From: Octopus bimaculoides | Taxonomy: Eukaryota | Direction of reading: 5' to 3' | NCBI RefSeq assembly: GCF_001194135.2 | Contig: NC_068984.1 | Coordinates: 94,384,780-94,427,734 of the forward strand | Length of the DNA: 42,955 bases | Position numbers and translations under genes: made by a program | Notes under the pieces: generated by a model | The model's input: only the letters and a program-made list of their open reading frames with translations | Told to the model about the DNA's origin: nothing | The model's database searches: none | In this document: positions 24,586-35,869 of the stretch, piece by piece | Numbering within the stretch: position 1 is the stretch's first letter | Layout of the letters: every line of letters starts with the position of its first letter

Positions 24586-24867
24586 AAAACAATTGCAGCA
24601 TGGAAGATGTTTACAAGCCATTTAAAAACACACAAAAACCATTAAATTCACTTCAACATTTAAATTCAATTTGTCCGGATATTTTTGTCACTTTGAGACT
24701 GCAACCTGTTCACTGACTAAATTCCGTGCTGCATCTCAGAATTTTGTCAGTGAACAGGTCGTGACGAAAAATATTGTAACAAATTAAATTTAAATGTTGA
24801 AGTGAATCTAACGGTTTTTGTGTGTTTTTAAATGGCTTATAAACACCTTCCATGCTGCAATTGTTTT
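24586..24867. repeat. Near-perfect fold-back palindrome (MITE-like), arms of about 130 bp
   Basis: AAAACAATTGCAGCATGGAAG... at 24586 is mirrored by ...CTTCCATGCTGCAATTGTTTT ending at 24867. The inner arms ACCTGTTCACTGAC / GTCAGTGAACAGGT enclose a short loop. Confidence 0.9.
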
Positions 24868-25075
24868 TGCTTCAGCACACGATCTCAGATCAAGTCATTT
24901 GCTATGCAAGTACATCTCCATAAAAGCAAAATTAATAAGGTGAAAAGAAAAATGCTTTTACTCTAAGTATTTAGCAGACAATAACTTCTTATTTGTCTTT
25001 TTTTTCCCCCTGTAGTTTCAGCTCAGAGCTGTGGCCATGCTGATGCACTGCTGTTAAGGTACAGACAGACAAAAT

Positions 25076-25135
25076 ATGTTGGTTGGAGCTATTCCTAATG
25101 GTCAATTATTGGAAAATCTTTCCCTTATGACAAAG
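25076..25135 (+). CDS. Candidate host exon (MLVGAIPNGQLLENLSLMTK), unidentified
   Basis: Open frame ending at the donor AAG|GTAAGA in phase 0. An in-frame TAA lies upstream at 25055. Confidence 0.25.
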
Positions 25136-25712
25136 GTAAGAGATATTGCTCGCTGTGTAATCTAGAATTATTTTTTATATTATTTTCTAAAGGTAAGTTA
25201 ATAAACTCACATACAATGCTTTCAGATGTAGTCATTTTTTTAGGCATATGTTTCTCTGGTTTAAATAAATTATAAATTTCAATATGATCGGGTATTATAA
25301 TATAATATTAGGTTTAAAAGACAGGATATATTAACTGTATGATTTATCACTAATAATCTAATTGTATATTTGTATTTATTTACTAAAGTTTCTAGAGATA
25401 ATATAATATAGATTTCCATTAGTTTAGAATTTATTACCAGGAATCAATAATTTGTATTACTTGATTGTTTATGATTAATAATATTATTAGGGTTTTCTCC
25501 CTTAAACGGACTTTTATTTGAGGAGGAATTTTGAATATGGATAAGCCTTAGAGATTATAAATTTTTTTGGTGTTTACTTTTTACCCTGAGGATGTGTAAG
25601 GTAATTTACTTATTTAACTTGAACTAAGAGTTGACTTTGACCTTACACAGAAATGTTTACATAGGTAATAAACTTTAATATATATGGATATTAGCATCAA
25701 AACTCTTATTTA

Positions 25713-25769
<57 letters not shown>

Positions 25770-26320
25770 TATACAGAGAGAGAGAAGTGGTAAGAGAGAT
25801 TGATTACTAAAGAAATCTTTCTTTTTTTTAAATAGCTACAAGTCTGACTGCAATGTATTTGGCATAGATATTACCTTGAGTATGTAGCTTTAGCCCTAGA
25901 ATTTAGTTAAGAAAGTCTTCATATCATCCATAATTTGGTATTTTGATATTTGTTCTAAGTAAAGAATTGTACAATTATTTTAATGCATTGTATGAATGTA
26001 ATATTTATCTGAATTTGTCTTTGCACATTTGTTTTAAAAAATAAGCCTGACTTAACAGACTTACACATTGATTAAAATGACAGCTATTTTAAATTTAAAT
26101 TACTATAATAATTTTTTTTTTTAGAATTGGTGGCGTATACCTTATTGTAGTAGAGTCAAAGTTCTCTGATTATTTCTGTTTTTCAGTGTTTTCCACAATT
26201 TTTTTCAAATTTATGTTTTAGATGCTCTATCATTATAAATTGTTGAAAAAAAAGACATTTAATTTACGACTTTTAGAATAGCTGTCTTACATAAATTAGA
26301 ATTTCTCCTTCTTTTTTCAG

Positions 26321-26436
26321 GATCTTTCTACATGTTATAGTAACCCGCATTTCAAACCACTTGCAGGTGGACTTTCTGTAAAACTTATCCATACTTTTTT
26401 AGACATCTACCCATCCCCTTATCATTTCTTAAACAG
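26321..26436 (+). CDS. Candidate host exon (DLSTCYSNPHFKPLAGGLSVKLIHTFLDIYPSPYHFLN), unidentified
   Basis: Strong acceptor TTTCTCCTTCTTTTTTCAG and donor CAG|GTAGT. Only phase 0 is open, which is compatible with the 25076-25135 exon. Confidence 0.35.
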
Positions 26437-26960
26437 GTAGTATTCCACATTTTTAGACACTTATAACCTGCATTCTTACAGAAAAAATTTGGAAAAGCTA
26501 TCATGTGGTTGCTAACGGAGTGTCAGTCCCAAATAGTTTGGGAACCAGATATACATTGACAAGTTTCAACAATCCAACTAGAAATTCTAAAACTTGCCAC
26601 AGACAGAATGTCTTGGATCACAATTCGTTTTATGGCAAGATGAAAGTGGTTAGGAACCAAGATTGAAATCAACAAAATCACAAACCAGATAGTGCAAACT
26701 GGCACTGCCTACTAGCACTAAATCCAGTGGATTTACATTCATTAAATCATTTTATTTTTCATTTTGATATTTCTAGACAAAGTAAAAATAAGAAACTCTT
26801 GTCTTTTTGAGGTCAGCTGTAGCTAAAACAAATGGAAGTAATTTGAAATGAAAAATTCAACATGAGGGCATATTATTTAAAGCTATAACCACCAAAATAA
26901 TCAAGAAAATTCACAAGTGCTTCTATTAAATATCTTACCAACTGTCGAAATTATTCATAA

Positions 26961-26990
26961 CACTTACCTGAAAAGAAGAAAAAAATACAA
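26961..26990 (-). other. Juxtaposed 3' and 5' splice sites (recursive-splice-like motif)
   Basis: The minus strand reads TTGTATTTTTTTCTTCTTTTCAG|GTAAGTG, with the junction between 26968 and 26967. Confidence 0.4.
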
Positions 26991-27605
26991 TTAAAAACAA
27001 TTTCAAAGACACAGCTGAAAGAAGATTAATTATAATTGAGTTCAGAAATATGAGTGACTGAGGCAGTCTAGCTCCATATCAACTATATAATGAAACAAAA
27101 TAAATAATATTGAAGAAAGTACCTGCAAAATGTTGCTAGAACAGAATTAGTTTTGTTTTTATTTCATTTTTTTTTTTGTAGTAAACTTTAAAAGATCATT
27201 TAAGAAATATCTATATATACATATATATTTGTGCCTTAAGGCTACCATTGGTTTCATGTTTACATAATATTTTAACAATTATTCAAGTCAATCACATGGA
27301 AGAATAGTGTTTAGTTTCCTTTTGAATTAAAACACAAAAATTCATGTAAATTCACAAGAAACTTTCGTAATAAAAAACAAATCAAGGGGCACTACTCATG
27401 TATGACACTTTTTGAGTGATTATCTCCCTTGGGTTTGACTTTTGGAAAAAAAATTGTGCTGAATGAAGAGTGTTTATATTATATTTTGGGTTTCTGTAAT
27501 GTTCATATGCTTGTGTGTTGATAGAGTTCATCATGGTGGCATGTGTCTTCTATGTGCGAACTATGTATGATGTATGTATTCAATGTTCCCTGAATGTGAA
27601 CATAA

Positions 27606-28102
27606 GTTGAAAAACTGATGATTTATTCTTCTCATTATAATAACAGAAGATTGCCAAAGGGAATGATGTTAATACTACAGTCTGGAACAAACATTCAAAT
27701 GACTTCAATTATGCTGGGTCATTGTCTGTTGCTGCAGCAATGAAGAAAGCTGTGAGATTGGCTGTTGTCTGGTCATCAGTAGCTGGTCCAAAGACCACAG
27801 CTGGTCCAAAGACCACAGCTAGTCCAAATACCACAGCCTATACAAAGACAAAGAGCGGGAGAAAGTTGTGTTTATATAACCATGGCAAAAATGGTTTTTC
27901 CCATGTTGGGAACAACTTCTGTTGCAAACACAATTGGACAGTTAAAACCGACCAATACCACCAGCTAAATTGGCCAACAACTGGGTCATGTAACTTGATG
28001 CTAAGAAAAGCTCTGGTAAGCTGATTCTCCAGGTTAAAACAGCCAAATTGACAAGATGTCTAATATTACCATAAAATGAATGTGTTAAACAGTTCCGCTA
28101 CA
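27606..28102 (+). repeat. Diverged direct duplication, copy 1 (contains 3 x 18-bp tandem at 27781-27837)
   Basis: Collinear with 30028-30329, which lacks the ~230-bp central part. Confidence 0.85.
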
Positions 28103-29671
28103 CAACCTCTATGCAAGAACATCTTTTGCAGAAAAATGTATGACAAAGATAAAAAGGATGTAGGCAGAAGTAAAATATAGCAGAATGTACAAAGAAAATG
28201 CAAAAATATAAGCAGAAATGTAATATTTTGTTTTTATATTTTCTTTATATTCAAGTGATATAAAAGGTGTACATACAAATAGGTGCAGACAATTGAAACA
28301 AGAAATGTCAGACCGATTTTGAAGGTTGCAAAAAAAAAAATGAACAAATGGCAATAAGATAAGTGTACATGTAGAAATATAAGTCAAAACTGATGAAAAA
28401 AGGTTCGACTCAAACTGTTGACTGCAATCTGTAGTGGTGGAAAGTTGAATTCCAAAATGCAAAATTCAACCACCTACAAGTGCCTTCACGACTGGAAGTG
28501 AAAAAATATCTTTGAGAGGAATGGCTTCAGGACAATGAGAAAACCAGTCGATACAAGCCAAGAGATATGAATTGGTACGATAAACTGATCATGAGTAGCT
28601 GAACTTGCTATGAACAAATATGTTGAAAGGTAGCAAAAACTGGGACATGAGGTTCCCAAGGTAAGCAGCTTGAATAAAATTGTGGCAGGTATCATGATGA
28701 TGAGGTGCTGAAATCCAAGATGGTGATGAAAAGAAACTGGACAAGCATTCATCAAATTCAAATTGGCGTGAACGGATTCAATACTGTGTGGAGATCCTAA
28801 AAGTGGCAATGGCAGCTACAACAGGGCATTGAGTTGAACATAGATGTGGAGCTAAGGTACAGCAGAGAGATGTTACTTCAAGACACTGTTATGAGATTTA
28901 ACTGGCCTGAAATTTAACCTCCTTATAATCTCTAAAGTCAGAGCTGAAAAAGAGTGACTGAAAATGCAGGTTGAAAACTGCCACACAATTGAAACAAGTT
29001 CCCCAATTCTCCACACAATTTAAACAAAGTTCTCCAATTCTCGAGCCATGGAAAACAGGAAAATGACTTTGTATGCAGAGGAAAAAATTTTCATAACAGC
29101 AGTTCGAACAAAAATAGCCAAATTGAAGTATGATGGAGCAAAAAGCAGACAAAAAACTGAAATACAATACAGGAGCAGATCATGCCGAGGATTCTGTACT
29201 GCAGGTGACAAAAGCATCAAAAAACAGTTGAGTACTTAACTGAAAATATTAATGAGCAGATTGCTGCTACTTCTAGCAAGTAGATGACGCTGTGCAGGCA
29301 TGAAAGGGTTGCATGAAAAAGTAGTGTTTGAATGTGAAATGACATCTCGTACATATGGACTTACAAATAGAAAACCATCAAAACAAATTTAACCATGAGG
29401 TTTTCCATGTGAAAAACTTCATAGTCATCTGCCCTGTGAAAGTCCTTAGTAAATGGTTCAATGAGTCATTGGAAAATATGGAAAATTTTACTGAAAATTT
29501 TTTTTAATTTTCCACATCCAATGAAGTACTCTAGTGTAGTGGCAATGCTGGATCACAATATAGTAAGATCCCCATTTATAATGAGGAAGAAGTCAATAGA
29601 TCACTATTTATAATGACATGGTGTGGAAAGAACAATAAGACAGTTCTATATTTAAGAGATGAGGAATTATT

Positions 29672-30006
29672 TACATTATTTACATTTCACGGATATTTGT
29701 CTTCATCTTGTTTATTGTTAGCACCACGTTTCGGCTGATATACCCTCTTAACCACTACGCCATATGCCCATGGGCATATGGCGTAGTGATTAAGAGCGCA
29801 GGCTACTACACCCAAGATTTCGAGTTCGATTCTAGGCAGTGACCCGAATAATAATAATAATAATAACATTGAAAAATACCTTAGGAACAAGAACCCAGGT
29901 TCGAAATTTCTCCAAGATACCTGATGAAGGCTAGAGGGTACATCAGCCAAAACATGTTAACAACAAACAAGATGAGGACAAATATCCGTCAAATGTAAAT
30001 AATGTA
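29672..30006. mobile_element. Head-to-head pair of a second tRNA-derived SINE family
   Basis: The + copy (29772-30006) has an A box TGGCGTAGTGATT and a B box GAGTTCGATTC. The minus copy (29769-29672) joins the same head directly to the same tail. The heads form a 46-bp palindrome at 29748-29793. Confidence 0.85.
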
Positions 30007-30027
30007 AGAACAATAAGATTTGAATGA

Positions 30028-30329
30028 GTTGAAAAAGTGAAGATTCACTCCTCTTGTTATAATAATAGATTGCCAAAAGGAATGATGTGAATACTACAGT
30101 TTGGAACAAACATTCAAATGACTTCAGTTCTGCTGGGTCTTAATAATGTCTGTTGTTGCAACAATGAAGATGGGTGATGACTGGTTGAAGAAAGCTGTGA
30201 GACTGGCTGCAACTAAATACTAAGAAAAGCTCTCGTGAGCTGATTCTCCAGTAATTAAGATTAAAACAGCCAAATTGACAAGAGGCCTAACATTACAATA
30301 AAATGAATGTGCTAAACAGTTCTGCTACA
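30028..30329 (+). repeat. Diverged direct duplication, copy 2
   Basis: Homologous to 27606-28102. Confidence 0.85.
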
Positions 30330-31059
30330 AGTTTAATTACTATTTTATGACTCAAGTGTGGATGTGATATATCTCAACTTTGTAAAAGCCTTTGATAAAG
30401 TTGACCATGGTATGATATGTCACAAATTGCATGATCTCGGCATAGTTGGAAAACTTGGAGAGTGGCTACATGACTTTCTAAGAGATAGATGTGGCAGTGA
30501 TGGCCAATGGAGCCACCTCAAAGGAAACACCAATAGCAAGTGGTGTTCCACATGGCATTGTCTTAGGGCCACTGCTATTCATATTGGCCCTTTCAGATAT
30601 GCCCTCAGCCCCTCAGATAGCCACCCTCATTAGCTATACAGATGACACAAAAGTTTATCAGACAATTCAAAACCCAGGAAACATTGCAAATCTGCAACAG
30701 GAGTTGGATGCATTATACAGTTGGGCTGAGGACAACAATATGCTGTTTAATGTAAGAAAATTCCAAGTCCTGTGCTACCAGTACACAAAGCTGAATGACA
30801 TGCATACAGGATACACTGGCCCAAGAGGAATTGCAATCACTGAATCAAAATCAGTGCGTGACCTGGGCATTGACATGAGTAATGACATGAGGTTAGATGA
30901 TGGGGGTGGTGTTTCCAAAGGGCTGGCATGGGCAACCTCATCACCTCTGCCGATCAAACTCCCAACCCATGCTCTCCCATCGCGACACTGATACTGCAGA
31001 ACTGGGTTGGGTGTGAAAACCAACTTTAAAGTATAAATATAGATGTTTTTGAATCAGCA

Positions 31060-31539
31060 ATGTTGTGTTCGGTTAAGTCCTATTTGGGGTGAAAAATCAA
31101 TAAACTGATTCCTTATGGGGTTTTCCATTTAATCAGGATAAAAATTTTTAAAAAAATCGATAAACCGATTCCTTATAGGATTTCCCAATGAAATTGGCTA
31201 CACCCCATTTTCAACCATAACTTTTACCAATTTTGATGTATTTTGTTCAAACTTGATGCCAACATTACTTAGGACTCATGGGATCCTTGAATGCTTTAAG
31301 TACTCCAAAAACGAAAACAAAAAAAAAAAATTGATGAGTGGAAAAAAATCAATAAACCAATTCCTTATAGGATTTCCCAATCAAGTTGTCTACAACTCAT
31401 TTTCAGCTGAAAGTTTACCAACTTCAATGGATTTTCCTCAAATTTGACGTCAATGTTACTTAGTTTGGATTAAAATAAAGAACTTGATTAGCTTAATAAT
31501 CCTAACTTAATCCTGGGCAAAGCCAGGCTATACTGCTAG
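31060..31539 (+). mobile_element. Helitron-like 3' segment
   Basis: Internal repeats of AATCRATAAACCRATTCCTTATAGGATTTCCCAAT and a terminal hairpin CCTGG-GCAAAG-CCAGG (31512-31527), then CTAG|T. Confidence 0.65.
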
Positions 31540-31783
31540 TTCAGCAATAAAATGCATACAGTTAGCAGGATGGATCCGCCAAACTTCAAGAACAAGAGAA
31601 AAGGAAACTATGATGGTCCTTTGGAGGATTTATGTCCTCATCTACTTTGACTTCTGCTCCCAACTATAGTCACCATACAGTATAAAATTAATGGTGGAAC
31701 TTGAAGCAATGCAATGAAGCTACACAAAGAAAATCATCTCACTGCAACATATCAGCTACTAGGAAAGACTCTCCTCCCTAGAA

Positions 31784-33019
31784 CAGTGTCTGCTAAACTG
31801 TGTGCCGCGAGAGATTCCTGGAGTGCCATAAAAAATATTTGGGGGATTTTCAGGAAACAGCAATCCAAGATGTGGCAGTGATGGCCCATGGAGCCACCTC
31901 AAAGGAAACACCAATAGCAAGTGGTGTTCTACAGGGCACTGTTCGAGCATAATTATAAATTAATTATATAAATTGTAAAATACAGTAAATATAAATTAAT
32001 TACGTTACATGACGAATAGCAGTTTTGCTACAATATATTACATTACTACACTTAAACCGGGATTGTCTCTAGTAAATTGCTTAGTAGTCCTAGTAGTTTT
32101 TAATTTTTGATTTATTTATAATTTACATTAATTATTTTGTTAATCATTTTATATTCATGTTGATCAATTTTTAGTTTTAGATTTAAACATGGACAAATTT
32201 TTATTGAAACCTCAGGAAAATGAGAAAGAGAGTCATCACAAACAAGATGAACACCAGAATATAATGTCCACCGTGTCAAAACAAAAATATAAAGAAAATT
32301 ACATCCAATATGGTTTTATATTATCGGAAAATGACTACACTCTCAAATGAAGCAATGGTTCCCAGTAAACTTCAATGTAATTTAATAACAAATCATCTGC
32401 AACATAAGGACAAACCAAAAGAATACTTTGAGATGCTAAAAATTAATTCAAAAATTCAATCAAAAACGCTGAAGAAATTTCACCCAATTCCTGAGAAAGC
32501 TCAAATCACTAGTTACAAAACTGCCCAACTTTTGGCAAAGAAGAAAAAACCACATTCTGATGCCAAAAACATTATTTTACCAGCTTTTGGCACAATGGTT
32601 AGTGATGAAGCCATCAAACAAACTAAGACCATTTCTTTGTCTGTCCACACAATTTCTTGTAAAATTCAATACATTTCACAAGACATTGAAGATCAGCTCC
32701 ACAAATATCTCACTGAAGCAAAAAATGAACTTGAAAACTTGTGGGTCTTAAAAATCAATGAAAGTACAGACTAAAAACATTATTATTGTGTTATATTACC
32801 TATATATATATATACACTCTTTTACTCTTTTACTTGATTCAGTCATTTGACTGCGGCCATGCTGGAGCACCGCCTTTAGTGGAGAAAATTGACCCCAGGA
32901 TTTATTCTTTGTAAGCTTAGTACTTATTCTATCGGTCCCTTTTTGCCGAACCGCAAATGTTACGGGGACGTAAACACACCAGCATCGGTTGTCAAGCGAT
33001 GGTGGGGGGACAAACACAA

Positions 33020-33082
<63 letters not shown>

Positions 33083-33438
33083 TACGACGGGCTTCTTTCA
33101 GTTTCCGTCTACCAAATCCACTCACAAGGTTTTGGTCGGCCCGAGGCTATAGTAGAAGACACTTGCCCAAGGTGCCACGCAGTGGGACTGAACCCGGAAC
33201 CATGTGGTTGGTAAGCAAGCTACTTACCACACAACCACTCCTGCGTCTATATATATATATTATATATATTATATGTTCATAAAACAATGTTATTTTATTG
33301 TTACTATAAGAATTTACTTATTTTTATTCATACTAATAAAGTACATTCAATTTTGTTGGGATTTTTATTTGGTATGCTGCAAAATAAATTCTCCTTGCCC
33401 AGTGTGTTATAAGATAAAAAAAAGTTTGGCAGACACTG
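31784..33438 (+). mobile_element. hAT (Buster/Charlie) element, internally deleted
   Basis: TIRs CAGTGTCTGCTAAACT / AGTTTGGCAGACACTG with a perfect 8-bp TSD CCCTAGAA (31776-31783 and 33439-33446). The transposase remnant at 32189-32774 reads LSNEAMVPSKL...SYKTAQLLAKKKKPHS...LKINESTD. Confidence 0.92.
32817..33244 (-). mobile_element. Full-length tRNA-derived SINE with internal (TA)n/(TG)n tract
   Basis: Head GCAGGAGTGGTTGTGTGG, B box GGTTCAGTCCC, and tail ending ...CAAGTAAAAGAGTAAAAGAG. Confidence 0.9.
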
Positions 33439-34205
33439 CCCTAGAACAAAGATGGAAAAAATATACAGTTATACATATCTGGAAAATCCTGGGAGGCCTT
33501 GTACCAAACTTTGGCATTGAAAATTACACAAAGAGCAGAACAGGGCACCATTGCATAGGGCCAAAGATACCTTCAAAACACAGGACCAGATACTGCAACA
33601 GCTTGGGTTTCAAGGGCCCACAGCTATTCAATATCCTTCCAAAATGCCTGACAGACTTGCATGGTGTGGATGTAGGTGTCTTCAAAGCAAAGCTGGATCT
33701 CCCCTGTCAAAGGTTCCAGAAAAACCTACCTCACAGCAGGAAACAAAGATGAGGGCAGCAGTATCAAACTCCCTCATTTACCAAATGCCACACATCAGAG
33801 GAGGTTTCAAATAATGAACGTGTAGCACATCCAACGGTGGTGCCCCAGCATGACTGCAACTTTAAAGCTGAAACAAGTTAAAAAGTTAAAGATATATATA
33901 TGTGTGTGTGTATAAATCAAACACATATACACAAGGTATGTGTTTTGCAAATTCATGGGCAGGCTGCAATTTATAGGCATAAGAGAATATCTTCTCATCT
34001 TTACACCTGGTGTTTCAGGCACCTGGAAGTCATACACAAGCAAGATAACTCGCATCAGGTCTCATTTCAGGGGCACCTCCTTGAGGAATGTTGTCAAACT
34101 AATCAACCCCAGTACTTTTTCTATCAATCACTTTTGCTGAACGACTAAGTTACAAGAACACACCAACATCGGTTGTCAAGGGGTGGTGGAACACACACAC
34201 ACACG

Positions 34206-34252
<47 letters not shown>

Positions 34253-34504
34253 GTGTGTGTTCATATATATTTATATATATATATATATATGTATTTTTAT
34301 CTATATTTATATATGTGTGTGTTTATATATATTTATATATATATATATATGTGTGTTTTTATCTATATATATATATNNNNNNNNNNNNNNNNNNNNNNNN
34401 NNNNNNNNNNNNNNNNNNNNNNNNNNNNNNNNNNNNNNNNNNNNNNNNNNNNNNNNNNNNNNNNNNNNNNNNNNNATTATATCAAACATCTGCGAAGAGT
34501 AACC

Positions 34505-34862
34505 ATGCCATGCACAAAAAATTCAGTACAACTGTCAGATTTTCAAAGAGGTCGTATTGTTGGACAATCTGAGGCTGGTCTTGTTAGTGAAAAATTGCTG
34601 AAAATCTCCAAATTCCTCTTGCTACTGTTAATAGAATTATAGTGCAATTCAAAAGCCAAGGAAAAGAATCAACAGATTCTCGTCCCGGCCGACCTGGGCC
34701 CTCGAAAAGGAAGCTTCGCTGTTTGAAGAGAATTGTAAGAAAACGAACCCCGTTCAAAGGCTTCTGACATTGCAAAACAGCTAGAAGTTAGTCCAAGAAT
34801 GTGTGTTACATATCTGCGTAAGCTTGGGTATTATGGACGAACAGCTAGAAGAAAACCTCTCT
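34505..34862 (+). mobile_element. Tc1 transposase N-terminal relic
   Basis: MPCTKNSVQLSDFQRGRIVG...[16 protein letters not shown]...SRPGRP...LRKLGYYGRTARRKPL. Confidence 0.8.
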
Positions 34863-34941
34863 TTCAACCAATTAATATCAAATAAAAGATTTTGAAAATT
34901 AAAGGTGTCTATTTACTTCCTGCATATCTGTGTGTATATAG

Positions 34942-35114
34942 ATCATCATCATCATCGTTTAACGTCTGCTTTCCATGCTGGCATAGGTTAGACAGTTTGA
35001 CTGGGGACTGGTGAGCCACATGGCTGCACCAGGCTTTAATCTGATCTTGCAGAGTTTCTACAGTTGGATGCCCTTCCTAACGCCAACCACTCCGAGAGTG
35101 TAGTGGGTGCTTTT
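34942..35114 (-). repeat. Short interspersed repeat with (GAT)n tail, family not assigned
   Basis: (ATC)n followed by CGTTTAACGTCTGCTTTCCATGCTGGCAT...GGATGCCCTTCCTAACGCCAACC. Related sequence may occur near 30920-30975. Confidence 0.55.
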
Positions 35115-35869
35115 ATACATATATATCCTAATATCTATAAAATTGAAGTTTGCTCTGTGTGCGTGTGTGTGTGTATACAAAAATTTAATGTACTTCAATA
35201 ACTTCTGCATCTTTCATCTGATTTCTTTAAAATGTTATACTCAGCTGCTTCATATCCCAGGCCTGAACATAAGCAACTTAGACTTTTTTAGAAAGTCGAT
35301 ATTGGGGCCCCTAGAGTGATGGGAAACCAACAATAGATGATTCCTATTCACTGGCATTAATCAGATGTTTAATAATCTATAGGGCCTTCGTACATTTTTA
35401 ATATTTTTATGAAAGTGAAAGGATTTTGTCTATTTATTTATTTATTTTCACTGTCCACCAGCGATAGTGGTTAAATTGACTAGGGACACTAAACGCATAG
35501 ATTTCCACAATTTTCAACCAATTTTCACCAACTTTACACACACATTACTTATGTCTCAAGGATGGTCGTGCACTAAACATTTTTCGTAGAGATCCTGTAT
35601 AAATGGACTAAATGGACATAGTTTTTTTGTATGTAGGGTCTTCCATACTTTTTAATCCTTTTATGAAAATAAAAGGATTTTGTGTATTTATTCATTTTGA
35701 CTGTCACCTGCCACAGTGATTAAATTGACTAGGAACATTGTAGGCGATTAATATCCAATACCAAACAATCTTAATCTCCATATTTAAACTGCATTAAACT
35801 TTGGCAAGCTTACCTTTACCTATTCTGAGTTACTTGAAAGGTGACGTTCCCTTTCCTCTTTTCTATTTG

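Larger units (their letters stand above)
30350..33891 (+). mobile_element. CR1/L2-group LINE 3' part, interrupted by other insertions
   Basis: VDVIYLNFVKAFDKVDH...SGVPHGIVLGPLLF...YTDDTK (30350-30890). It resumes at about 31550-31783 (AGWIRQT...ISY*ERL) and after the hAT at 33439 (SLEQRWKKYTVIHIWKILGGLVPNFGI), with a 3' tail to 33891. Confidence 0.85.

Noticed and set aside
25836-25879. 44-nt micro-exon candidate
   Set aside because: Its only open phase is incompatible with the neighbouring candidate exons.
28400-29400. Coding-like purine-rich stretch
   Set aside because: It is full of stops in all frames and I recognised no motif, so I cannot assign it.
29772-29845. Functional tRNA gene
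   Set aside because: A and B boxes are present, but it is the head of a SINE and I could not identify a complete cloverleaf. The same applies to the other SINE heads.
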